From the IMG/VR virus record IMGVR_UViG_3300044846_003008: DNA of 64,000 bases, one strand, 5' to 3'. Under the pieces are notes generated by a model. The model was not told the DNA's origin, ran no database searches, and worked only from the letters and a program-made list of their open reading frames with translations. Origin of the DNA: a virus. The position numbers and the translations under genes were made by a program. How positions within the stretch are numbered: the first letter of the stretch is position 1; every line of letters starts with the position of its first letter. This document shows, piece after piece, positions 52,848 to 61,647 of this stretch.

Positions 52848-53722
52848 AGGCTGAGATTATACCTGTTATTGAGAACCTTTGGAAGGATTATTGTTTCCCT
52901 TCGTATCCACTTTCTTTTGAAAAGTATTCCTCAGTGTCGGTTTTTTAGGTGAACCACTCCTTGAGACATCAACTACTCTCTCATTACTCAACTCTCTTCG
53001 AGAATGCCTCCCCGACTAATCCTTGCGAGATTAGAGGTTTTTGGTAAGAATACATTCAGACTTGCGGTCATCCTGTGCAATGAACAACTCATTACTATGT
53101 AGACACCTTTCGTTGATATCTGACGGACACTTTTGCTTTAGTTTAAATTTTAATTTTTACATTAACCTAGTAAAATAAAGTTTTTCGTGTTGTGGATTAA
53201 TCAAAGTAGTGGTCCGTCTTTCAGATTCGTCGTCTTTTGAACAACGAAATACCAAACTACTCTGTGAAGTATCCCTACCTCAATATTTTAAGATTACTTC
53301 GAAACAATTCTTTTGGTAAAGAATCATCAAGGAAAATTTCAGCACCACCTGTTTGTTTTCATACCTTTCGGTTTTAAGCCACCTCTTATAATGGAAGTCG
53401 TAATTGTAACGTTGGATACGATACTTCTTACATAAATCCTACGAGTTATTCCTATTAGAGTTCCCTCCTCAATCTGATGACCCACATCACCAAATCATAT
53501 AACCACTTTCTCTACATCGTTGACCTCGATACTAAAGGTTATACGGTATCCCGCTTGTGTACTCGACCTCGGTTTCCCAAGACGCAGACCCGTTACACTT
53601 GGGGGTCCACTTTATCCTACTTTCGTAGTTTATTTAATGACCATACACGGCCAATATCTTTATCAGTTTGTTACTCAAAATCAACCACAAGGGTCTCATC
53701 ATCAAACATTCTGAACGGATAA
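52848..53722 (-). ncRNA. Large (~875 nt) structured RNA, GOLLD-like
   Basis: Non-coding, relatively GC-rich; GNRA-capped hairpins on the minus strand; 3' end ACUGAGGA...AGGU-AUAAUCUCA-GCCU; tRNA-adjacent in a phage. Family recognised from memory, not searched. Confidence 0.7.
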
Positions 53723-53729
53723 TCAAATT

Positions 53730-53992
53730 TCAAAGAACGTCTCGGACATTTCCGATTTGTTTTGTAAAGTTAAGTATTTAATTTTGATTTGTCAAACACT
53801 TTTTTTAACTTTTTTTTGAGGTTTAGGAAACCACGGTTTTATAACTAATTGTCAACCTTTCCCTCATTTGTTTTACAAAGATACTTAATGTTTTTTGTTC
53901 TGTCAAGTACTTTGTAAACTTTATTTTCTGATTTAAATTACTTTGTTTCAGAATTGTTTAACAAATGTATGAAATAAATATCGGTAATCAAG
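53730..53992 (-). promoter_or_regulatory. Three tandem Bacteroidota-type promoters plus boxB/boxA-like leader
   Basis: -7 elements TACATTTG (53962-69), TATCTTTG (53876-83), TAACTTTA (53765-72), each with an upstream TTGA; hairpin 53742-55; GTTCTTTGA 53730-38. Confidence 0.6.
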
Positions 53993-54004
53993 TAAAAAAA
54001 CAGA

Positions 54005-54658
54005 TTATTTTAATAAATTTTTAATTCTTGAGATTTCTTCGTTCAAATTATCCTCGGAATCGTTTTTTTTCTGTTTTAGTCTTTCGTCTTTTTCTTTATT
54101 ATGTAATTGGAACATACCTTTACCAATTTTCTTTAATTCTTTACCGGCAATATCCGCACCTTTTAAAAGTTGGTTTGCCGCAAATTCGATTGGTAAAGTG
54201 ACAGGTGATAACGCATTAATTTCATAGTCTTTTGAATCACGATATCTTTTTGTTGGTTTTGTTTCTTTTTTGTCACTTACTTTAGATTTATCTTTAGATT
54301 CCTCATCTTTAAATAATTCACCATTTAAGAACTTCTTAGGATTGAGGTAATCTAAATTAGACGATAATACTGAATAAGTTATTGGTTCTTCAGAAAAAAA
54401 ACCAATTGTTGACCCACCACGAACATTATCGCTAAGATGAGCAAGAGTGTTATTAACACCACAAAATTGAGAATAGAATTTAGAGCCCCCAATATTATGT
54501 TGAATTAATAAATAACCATCAGAACAACTATTATTATTAGTTTTAACCACAACACCATCATAGGGGGACATAACTTTGTCCATCCTATATGACTTCAACT
54601 CCGCACTTTTAGATTTAAAATCTATATCTCCGTGGGTTATTTTATTTGATTTACTCAT
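54005..54658 (-). CDS. M23-like peptidase fold, probably inactive
   Basis: V.SPYDGVV....GY.LIQH...FYSQF; HxH zinc ligands not seen. Confidence 0.55.
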   Translation of the reverse strand: MSKSNKITHGDIDFKSKSAELKSYRMDKVMSPYDGVVVKTNNNSCSDGYLLIQHNIGGSKFYSQFCGVNNTLAHLSDNVRGGSTIGFFSEEPITYSVLSSNLDYLNPKKFLNGELFKDEESKDKSKVSDKKETKPTKRYRDSKDYEINALSPVTLPIEFAANQLLKGADIAGKELKKIGKGMFQLHNKEKDERLKQKKNDSEDNLNEEISRIKNLLK

Positions 54659-55341
54659 TTCATTAATTTTTTAATTCTAGTAATTTCTTCAGTAATTGTT
54701 TGAACATTTTCAAGTGACTCATCATTTTCTTTAAACCCTAATAAATTTAACATTGATTTAAATATTGGGTTACCCATTGGCTTAGTATCACTAGTTTCAT
54801 CACCGTTAGTTTCATCCCCTTTAGTTTCGGTGTCAGTTGTGGTTTCTGAATCAGAGTCTGTTTTATCATTTTCAGGTGTCATTGGTTTACCTGAACCTAA
54901 TTTTTTTGCACTTTCAACGTGTTCCCAATGCCAAGGTTCGGTCCTTGGATTACTAAATGGGTTTGAGAAACCAAATTTCGATGCGTTGTCAGTTAACCAT
55001 TTATGGGCTTTATCACCATATTTAACGACTAAATCAAGAGCAGCACCCCATCCGTGATTTGAAGTACCAGGATATGCGACAGGTGTTCCTGCGGTCCCTT
55101 TCTTTCTTCTTTTCTTGGTTTTCTTATAATAATCCCAATCAAATATTTTGTCTTGGATTTCAAATGGTCGATATGAATCAGTGATTGACCAAGTGACACC
55201 ATCTTCTTTAGCGGCTTTAACCATTTTATCGTAGGCCGCCGCGGCTTCGGGATTTAATTTATGATTACTATTTGAAGAGAGAGGTGTCAGATTGGTTAAC
55301 TTACCATTAGTTTCTTCAAAAATCAATTTTTGATTTTTCAT
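54655..55341 (-). CDS. M15B (VanY-like) peptidoglycan peptidase
   Basis: SYR...Q, PGTSNHGWGAALD, EPWHW. Confidence 0.85.
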   Translation of the reverse strand: MKNQKLIFEETNGKLTNLTPLSSNSNHKLNPEAAAAYDKMVKAAKEDGVTWSITDSYRPFEIQDKIFDWDYYKKTKKRRKKGTAGTPVAYPGTSNHGWGAALDLVVKYGDKAHKWLTDNASKFGFSNPFSNPRTEPWHWEHVESAKKLGSGKPMTPENDKTDSDSETTTDTETKGDETNGDETSDTKPMGNPIFKSMLNLLGFKENDESLENVQTITEEITRIKKLMK

Positions 55342-55460
55342 TTCATTAATTGTTTAATTCTAATTATTTCCTCGGTTATCGGTTTAACACTTTCAAGGGA
55401 CTCGTCATTTTCTTTAAACCCCAATAGATTTAACATTGATTTAAATATTGGATTACCCAT
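54655..55460 (-). repeat. Duplicated ~125-nt 3' ends of two peptidase genes
   Basis: ~54655-54780 vs ~55338-55460, both encoding MGNPIFKSMLNLLGFKENDESLE.V..ITEEI.RIK.LMK. Confidence 0.85.
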
Positions 55461-56030
55461 TGACTTTTCACCTTCAGGTTCATCAGTTTTTGATTCGTCA
55501 TCTTTAGTTTCACTATCTTTACTCACATCCCCTTTAGTTTCATCATCGGGAGTATCACTCGAACCTAATGACGGGTTTGAGGATGATGTTCCACTATCGG
55601 AATTTCGTGAAACGTGAACGTGGTTATCGTGATTGGGGAACCCAAATGTTAATACCGCTTTATCATTTCCACTTTCACTATTTTTAACGTAACCCATTTT
55701 AACTAGTTCATTAACGAACTTATTAATGGCATCATAAATACCATTACTTTTGGCTGCGGATAATGATGAAAATCCTTTACCATTAACCATAGCAATATCT
55801 ACGGCATTCCCTTTAGGGTGTCTACCACTATTTCTATGTCCTGTCACCGCAGTTGTTACGGAAACTTTAACACCGGCAGCTTTGGCAGCTTTATCAACAT
55901 CGGCTAATAACGATGGGTTAATCTTATCTTTTGAAGGTGTACTTGAACCAACAACCCTATCTTTAAAATCGGTATTTTGATATAACGATGAATTAACGCT
56001 AGATGGTGCTTCATATATATTCTTATCCAT
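55338..56030 (-). CDS. M15-like zinc peptidase
   Basis: SGRHPKGNAVDI ... HDNHVHV. Confidence 0.65.
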   Translation of the reverse strand: MDKNIYEAPSSVNSSLYQNTDFKDRVVGSSTPSKDKINPSLLADVDKAAKAAGVKVSVTTAVTGHRNSGRHPKGNAVDIAMVNGKGFSSLSAAKSNGIYDAINKFVNELVKMGYVKNSESGNDKAVLTFGFPNHDNHVHVSRNSDSGTSSSNPSLGSSDTPDDETKGDVSKDSETKDDESKTDEPEGEKSMGNPIFKSMLNLLGFKENDESLESVKPITEEIIRIKQLMK

Positions 56031-56051
56031 ACCAATAAATAGTTGGGATAT

Positions 56052-56078
56052 AAAAAAAAGTGGGTTTCCCCACTTTTA
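56052..56078 (-). terminator. Terminator after RNA ligase gene
   Basis: AAAAGTGGG..CCCACTTTT plus U run. Confidence 0.65.
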
Positions 56079-57131
56079 TAACTTTTTGAACTCAGGTCTT
56101 ATTAGTCTCCATATAGTTTCGTCGTAATCTTTTTTATCCCACATTTGAAACATCACACCTCTAAGTCCTTCTTTTATGTTTTTCATAACAAACTCTGCGT
56201 ATTCTTTCTTAGTTGGTTCAGGGTCAACATCACCATATTTCCCGTATCTAAACCCATCGTGCATTTTACCACAATATTCAGATATTGAATAGTGAGCGTA
56301 TCTCAAATCTTTAACGTAAGATTTTATTTTAGAATAGAATTCATCAGGAACTTCTTTCATCATTTCTAAAACATCATCACCATTTCTCAAACATTCCCAT
56401 ATACCGGTAGTAGATACGTTAGTCATTATTTTATGTAGACGTAAGTATTCCACACCTTTAACTTTCATTCTATCACCATTTGAGAATAACACTATAAACC
56501 CTTCAGCGTCGTCTCTAACCATTTGTTTTAACACAGAATAGTCAGATATACCATCGTAACGTTTAACAACTTTTAAACCGATATTTCGTATAAGATTTTG
56601 TATTCTCATATCTAAATCCCCGTGTAAGTTTACTTCATATCCGTGTTTAGTGTTTGTCGAGCCAAGTAAAACAACATCTTCAAAATCATATGAACAAACT
56701 ATTCTGTTTTCAGCATATATTATTTCAAATAAGTAAGTGAAGTCTTTATGTAATTTGTTGTAATCATAATTAGATAACATTTCCATACCTTTCACCGCTT
56801 GGTCGGAAGTAAATGAACCACGAGTTGCCATAACCCATTCCCCTTCGTAGTGGAATAATATCCCCAATGAACCATCCATTTTCTCATAGACTTTGAAATC
56901 ATCAGTTGGGGTGTGTTTACCTTCCTCCATATTGAAGAATTTTCTAAATGGTCTTGCAACTATATTACCGTTGTCGTCAGTTACTAAACCACGACACATC
57001 AAAGTCACCTCATCCCATAAGTTCTCAAACTGAACTTTCTCAGTGTAATTCCATATGGTTAATGGTAAAGTTGGATGTACTTGTTTGTACAATAACCCAT
57101 CATTGTAATATTTTTCTAAAGTTGCTTTCAT
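56076..57131 (-). CDS. T4 Rnl1-like RNA ligase
   Basis: CRG, RPFRKFFN, EKMDGSLG, TRGSF, FEII, EGF, KVK..EY. Confidence 0.85.
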   Translation of the reverse strand: MKATLEKYYNDGLLYKQVHPTLPLTIWNYTEKVQFENLWDEVTLMCRGLVTDDNGNIVARPFRKFFNMEEGKHTPTDDFKVYEKMDGSLGILFHYEGEWVMATRGSFTSDQAVKGMEMLSNYDYNKLHKDFTYLFEIIYAENRIVCSYDFEDVVLLGSTNTKHGYEVNLHGDLDMRIQNLIRNIGLKVVKRYDGISDYSVLKQMVRDDAEGFIVLFSNGDRMKVKGVEYLRLHKIMTNVSTTGIWECLRNGDDVLEMMKEVPDEFYSKIKSYVKDLRYAHYSISEYCGKMHDGFRYGKYGDVDPEPTKKEYAEFVMKNIKEGLRGVMFQMWDKKDYDETIWRLIRPEFKKL

Positions 57132-57143
57132 ACAACAAATATA

Positions 57144-58085
57144 CTAAATTCTTTTAATAATCGTACCGTCTGAATAGTGAAAAAATTTCATTCCAGGTGA
57201 ATCTACCGTAACGTCTTGACCTAATGTGTTTGTTATCTTAATTAATTCGGGGGTGAATTTACGATTATCAATTGATATGATATTAAAATCTTTTGATTTA
57301 CCATCATAATCGGTTTGCGTTAAATAATAATATGAAATATCATTAAAATAACCCCTCTCTAAGTATTGGTAAAAATGCGTAAATGATGAGGTTCCGACAC
57401 CATCAACTTTTGCGACTTCCACCCAATTAATTGGGTAATATGTTTTAAAAATTGTGAAGAATTGATTATTAGTTTCTGTGGCAGTCGCCCATTCAAGTAA
57501 ATTACCATCCTCAGTTTGTTTACCCTTGAAGTATAATAATTCAATAGGTAAACCTACAGGTTCAGATTCAAAGATTGATAAGTCATCTAAATATGCTGAT
57601 GTTGGACCACCATAGATTGTGTTAGTCCATATTTGAAAATAACCCGACCCTGCGTATGTGGATAATATAGTAAACGACCATTGATACCAAGTATTCCAAT
57701 TTGAATTACAACTTGAGTTAGTTTGATTATCAGTTGTTAATAATGTTGTTTGATTTGGTAACTCATTAGTGTTTACAACTACCGAACAAACACGTTTTGT
57801 GTAAAAGGTTATTGTGTAATTATAATTCGCTTTAAAAGTAATAGGAATATAAATATAAATTGAATTACCATTTGCCGCGGATGAAAATCTTGAGGAATAC
57901 TTCGTCGCGTCAAAAACATTACGATAATTTCCTGTGGCACTTTCATTCCTGTTAAAGACCCAAACATTTGAAGTTGATGACCATCCTGATGGTGATACAC
58001 TTGAGAAGTGTTGGTCAACAAGATAAGTCTGTCCATAAGTGAATATAGACAGACTTAACATTAAGATATTAATTAAAGTTTTCAT
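57144..58085 (-). CDS. Secreted protein with signal peptide and T9SS-like C-terminal domain
   Basis: MKTLINILMLSLSIFTYG|Q; LPIELLYF...L.W.TATE.NN..F...YYYLTQTDYDG; C-terminus ITNTLGQ....YSDGTIIKRI. Confidence 0.7.
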   Translation of the reverse strand: MKTLINILMLSLSIFTYGQTYLVDQHFSSVSPSGWSSTSNVWVFNRNESATGNYRNVFDATKYSSRFSSAANGNSIYIYIPITFKANYNYTITFYTKRVCSVVVNTNELPNQTTLLTTDNQTNSSCNSNWNTWYQWSFTILSTYAGSGYFQIWTNTIYGGPTSAYLDDLSIFESEPVGLPIELLYFKGKQTEDGNLLEWATATETNNQFFTIFKTYYPINWVEVAKVDGVGTSSFTHFYQYLERGYFNDISYYYLTQTDYDGKSKDFNIISIDNRKFTPELIKITNTLGQDVTVDSPGMKFFHYSDGTIIKRI

Positions 58086-59116
58086 TTCTCATTTAATAAG
58101 AATTTATTAGAGATTGCTTTGAAACTGATTTTTCTGTCGTGTGAACGAATAACTAGCCCCTCTCTTTCGGTTTTAATATTTAAAACAGACTTACCTTCAG
58201 CCATTAACAATAATTCATCAATTGTTTCAGGTAATGTAAAATCTAAGTCGAGAATTGGAACCGTTTTCACTTCCAAAATTTTAGTCAATTCAAGCAAATC
58301 ATCTAACGATAAATAGTCGTACTTGTCAATATCAAATCCGTTGAATATTCTAACTGTTTGACCAATACGTTGGTAAGGATTTCCTTGAATTCCTTCACCG
58401 ATGATTTCACCTTGTACCGCAAGGTTTTTCTCCAATCCAACCAACTTATCACGTAATCCTGATTCGATTGCGAATTTCCACATAGAATTGTTCACATCCT
58501 CCAATAAATCCAAGTTTCTTGAACACACTCCAAATACCCCGTCTTTAACGTAGTAAGTTACACTAGAACCATCTAATTTCTCAGTTACGTAGAATTTCGC
58601 CAATTTGTAGATAGGGTATTCTTTTGTCAAGTTTTGAACTCTTTCTTCATCAGTTTTCTTTAAAAATGAAGGAAAATTACCTTTAACTTGTCCTGCCAAT
58701 TGTGCGGGAATTGGTGGTTCGTATTTCACAATGTTTAACATTTCTGTTACGTCAAGACCTTCAAACCAACCCATATCCATATTCGGTGTGTTTCTTTTGA
58801 AAACATCGTAAGCCTCTTTAAGGGGTAAGATTAACCCTTGAGAGATTTGACCTCGTAATCTGATTGTTTTCAAACGGAAACCTTCATTACCGTCCGCCAT
58901 TTTTTTGTATGAACTCTTACGTAAAAATTCAAACTCAGGTTCAATAGGTAAAAATGAGTCAACCTCACAGTAAACAATTAAGTCACCTACTTTATGATTT
59001 ACATCTTTAGCAACAACAACTTTCCATCCGTCAATTGTTGCCAATTCAATTTTGTCAGCCCCTTCGATTGGACTTAAATCAGAAATTTGTCTAATACTCG
59101 CTAATTTTCTTTCCAT
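58082..59116 (-). CDS. RNA ligase, DRB0094/Rnl2-like family
   Basis: RKLASIRQI..L.PIEGADKIE, TEKLDGSS, QGEIIGEGIQGN, REGLV, FKAISNKFLL. Confidence 0.88.
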   Translation of the reverse strand: MERKLASIRQISDLSPIEGADKIELATIDGWKVVVAKDVNHKVGDLIVYCEVDSFLPIEPEFEFLRKSSYKKMADGNEGFRLKTIRLRGQISQGLILPLKEAYDVFKRNTPNMDMGWFEGLDVTEMLNIVKYEPPIPAQLAGQVKGNFPSFLKKTDEERVQNLTKEYPIYKLAKFYVTEKLDGSSVTYYVKDGVFGVCSRNLDLLEDVNNSMWKFAIESGLRDKLVGLEKNLAVQGEIIGEGIQGNPYQRIGQTVRIFNGFDIDKYDYLSLDDLLELTKILEVKTVPILDLDFTLPETIDELLLMAEGKSVLNIKTEREGLVIRSHDRKISFKAISNKFLLNEK

Positions 59117-59274
59117 TTGTTCTTGTGTTAAATAATTTTATATATTTTATTCTCAATGTTTTGTATTGTCTTATCATAAACTGACTTATATTGTCAGGGT
59201 TTGATGAATGTAATTCAATCATATAATTGGTTGACCTTACCTCATCCAATAAATCGAGTAATTCATATTTTTCC
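59091..59274 (-). CDS. Small hypothetical protein
   Basis: ORF fills the gap in the operon; start approximate (MEKYEL). Confidence 0.5.
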
Positions 59275-59625
59275 ATCGTCAATTCTTTTAACCATTTCCG
59301 ATTGTGTGTATACTTCCTCACCCGATTCAAATTTAATCAATAAATCTAAATTCACAACTTTATTATCCATATATTTTTCAGTGTAAGTGTAATTACAATT
59401 TGTTTGAATAACAATACCGTGGTTTTGAAATAATTTATCAATCCCTGACCGGTGTTTTAACGTGTCTTTATCAATGTTATAACTACCATCCCAAATCAAG
59501 ACTCTATCACCTACATCTTTAATTCTATCGTCTTTATGTTGTTTGATATACTCTTGTATTTCTTTTAACATATTAACCGATTCTAAGAATAAATCATCTT
59601 GATTATTTTCGTCGTAAGTTTCCAT
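59263..59625 (-). CDS. Hypothetical protein
   Basis: 120-aa ORF. Confidence 0.7.
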   Translation of the reverse strand: METYDENNQDDLFLESVNMLKEIQEYIKQHKDDRIKDVGDRVLIWDGSYNIDKDTLKHRSGIDKLFQNHGIVIQTNCNYTYTEKYMDNKVVNLDLLIKFESGEEVYTQSEMVKRIDDGKI

Positions 59626-59630
59626 AATAA

Positions 59631-60299
59631 TTAACCAATAACATTTAACATTTCATCAGTGTGGTGGTCCTTTTCAATCTCAGAATGAATTGGTTGTCTA
59701 TCTAACAATGGAACCAACTCTCCCATAAGATTGTATGGTCTAAACTCTAAATGACCATCAATACCAGCATCAATTCTTCTCCCTTTTCCTAATCTTCTAT
59801 TGTTAGGTAAGTGACAGTGACCGTGTATGTGCATCGCACCTTTACGTAAGTTATTCCACGAGTCAATTGGGTAGTGCATCAATTGAATTTCTCTTTTCCC
59901 AATCTTCAATGTGTTGTAGTGAGAAACACTCAAAAACAATTCTTGAACGTTGTCTTTATTATTCTCAATGTGGTGGTCGTGATTCCCCAAGATTAAGTGT
60001 ATGTTTTTACATACAACTCTATCTCTGAATTTTCGGATTGACTCGAACCCACCAAAAGACCAATCACCCAAGTGAATTAAGATATCGTCTTCTTTAACGT
60101 ATTGGTTAATGTTATTAACTATTGTGTCATTCATTAAATCAAGATTACTGAAGTCACGAGTTTCTTTAATTGGAATTGAACCGTCAGGTTTTCTCCAACT
60201 TGTTGTACCACGACAAATGTTTGTGTGATTGTAGTGAGTATCTGATGTTACCCAAACATTTGGGTATTTTCCTTGTTTATTTGCGTTAATTTTAATCAT
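59631..60299 (-). CDS. Calcineurin-like metallophosphoesterase
   Basis: SDTH, HLGD, GNHD, MHYP, HGHCH. Confidence 0.88.
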   Translation of the reverse strand: MIKINANKQGKYPNVWVTSDTHYNHTNICRGTTSWRKPDGSIPIKETRDFSNLDLMNDTIVNNINQYVKEDDILIHLGDWSFGGFESIRKFRDRVVCKNIHLILGNHDHHIENNKDNVQELFLSVSHYNTLKIGKREIQLMHYPIDSWNNLRKGAMHIHGHCHLPNNRRLGKGRRIDAGIDGHLEFRPYNLMGELVPLLDRQPIHSEIEKDHHTDEMLNVIG

Positions 60300-60816
60300 A
60301 TTGTAAATCTAGTAATTTTTCACCACTAAACCAAGATGGAACGTCTCTTTTTTTCCACGCCGCCAAATCTGATTTAGCTCCTTTATAATATTTTCGGTAA
60401 GATAATACTGCCGAGGTGATAGGATGACAATAACTTACCGTTTTAAACTCGTCTGGCATCGCCAATGGGGGACAAGTGAATTCTGTGTCAGGAATGTTTG
60501 GTCTGTTGAATAGACACCATTTAATGACCTCAACCGATTTATGAGTTTTACCATATCTAAATGTATATTCTTCACCCAACGCTAAACCTAATTCACACAA
60601 GTACAAATAGTTTGGTAATGTCTCACGAGCCCAAATCGCACAAGGGTGGTTCTTATGTGTCATCTTGTATGGGATTAGTTCTTTATCCACATTACCAGTT
60701 AAATGTTGAACTGAACACAATAGTTGTGCAGTTTCCAATATCATTTTAACAACGTGTTTGTCTACGTGATATTGTGCATTTTTCTTAACGTCGGTATCTA
60801 AAAAGAATATGTTCAT
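60292..60816 (-). CDS. Pyrimidine-dimer DNA glycosylase-like protein
   Basis: MNIFFLD...DKHVVKMILETAQLL, HKNHPC..W, EYTFRYGKTH, AMPD. Confidence 0.75.
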   Translation of the reverse strand: MNIFFLDTDVKKNAQYHVDKHVVKMILETAQLLCSVQHLTGNVDKELIPYKMTHKNHPCAIWARETLPNYLYLCELGLALGEEYTFRYGKTHKSVEVIKWCLFNRPNIPDTEFTCPPLAMPDEFKTVSYCHPITSAVLSYRKYYKGAKSDLAAWKKRDVPSWFSGEKLLDLQYD

Positions 60817-60817
60817 A

Positions 60818-61276
60818 TTATACAGTATGTTCAATTTGTACTCTAACACAAGTTTGTGATTGTCCTTCATTCATCAAGAAGTTGTTACAATACCCCATTA
60901 TATTAGCGGACCCAATTGGGTTTGCTGAATGTACAACAATTTCAGGGAACTTAATAGGTTTTTGTTTTTTATCAAATCTTGACATATTGATTCTATTCTC
61001 ATTTAATCCGTAGAATTCTGATACCAACCATTTAATTGCGTCGTAACCTGTTTTTTCTTCGATGTTATCGTAATCTAATTTATAATTTTTAGATACGTTA
61101 TTGAAGTATTCTTGCATCGCACTATCACCTAAGTCGTGGTCCAATGAAATTAATTTGATATTAGTTAAACCAACTTTGTTTACCAAATTAACAAACTCAT
61201 AGAAGTTTCTTACTACTAACCAATCTTTATCGACAGGTGTTCTTACATCATCTAAATATATTTTTACTTTTTCCAT
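60818..61276 (-). CDS. Cyclic-phosphate-processing receiver-domain protein
   Basis: IYLDDVRTP, ISLDHDLG, TGYD, VHSANPIG. Confidence 0.75.
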   Translation of the reverse strand: MEKVKIYLDDVRTPVDKDWLVVRNFYEFVNLVNKVGLTNIKLISLDHDLGDSAMQEYFNNVSKNYKLDYDNIEEKTGYDAIKWLVSEFYGLNENRINMSRFDKKQKPIKFPEIVVHSANPIGSANIMGYCNNFLMNEGQSQTCVRVQIEHTV

Positions 61277-61299
61277 AATCTTTCTTTTAACAAATATAA

Positions 61300-61647
61300 T
61301 CAATATCTATGAACGTACACTATCAATCCAAGTTTTTTTGATGTGTCTATCATATTTTTAGTCCCTTTACTCTCACCGTCCCAAAACGCAATTAACATAT
61401 CACCATATTCGGCCATTTGTCTATTACGGATGTGACCGGCACCTTTACCGTGTTTATTCCAATCGGCAGGAAATACCTTTAAATCAAAACCCTTTTCTTT
61501 GGAATATTGTTCACCCAATTTATCGGTTCCTCTAGCACCACCACTAACAATTTCAGGTGTGGTAAGTGTTGGTATAACACCGTCACATATCTCACGTAGT
61601 AATTCATAATCGTTGAATTCTCTACCACCAGCAATAATGACTTTCAT
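61300..61647 (-). CDS. SLOG-family (YspA/DUF2493-like) protein
   Basis: VIIAGGREF, IVSGGARGTD, ADWNKHGKGAG.IRN.QM, AFWDGESKGT..MI. Confidence 0.8.
   Translation of the reverse strand: MKVIIAGGREFNDYELLREICDGVIPTLTTPEIVSGGARGTDKLGEQYSKEKGFDLKVFPADWNKHGKGAGHIRNRQMAEYGDMLIAFWDGESKGTKNMIDTSKKLGLIVYVHRY

Noticed and set aside
51925-53722. Short + strand ORFs (51925, 52025, 52742, 53477, 53520)
   Set aside because: They overlap the tmRNA, a tRNA, the large RNA or a better gene, have non-ATG starts and show no motifs
52848-53722. Group I/II intron, rRNA or RNase P RNA
   Set aside because: No interrupted host gene, and none of the hallmark motifs were recognised by eye
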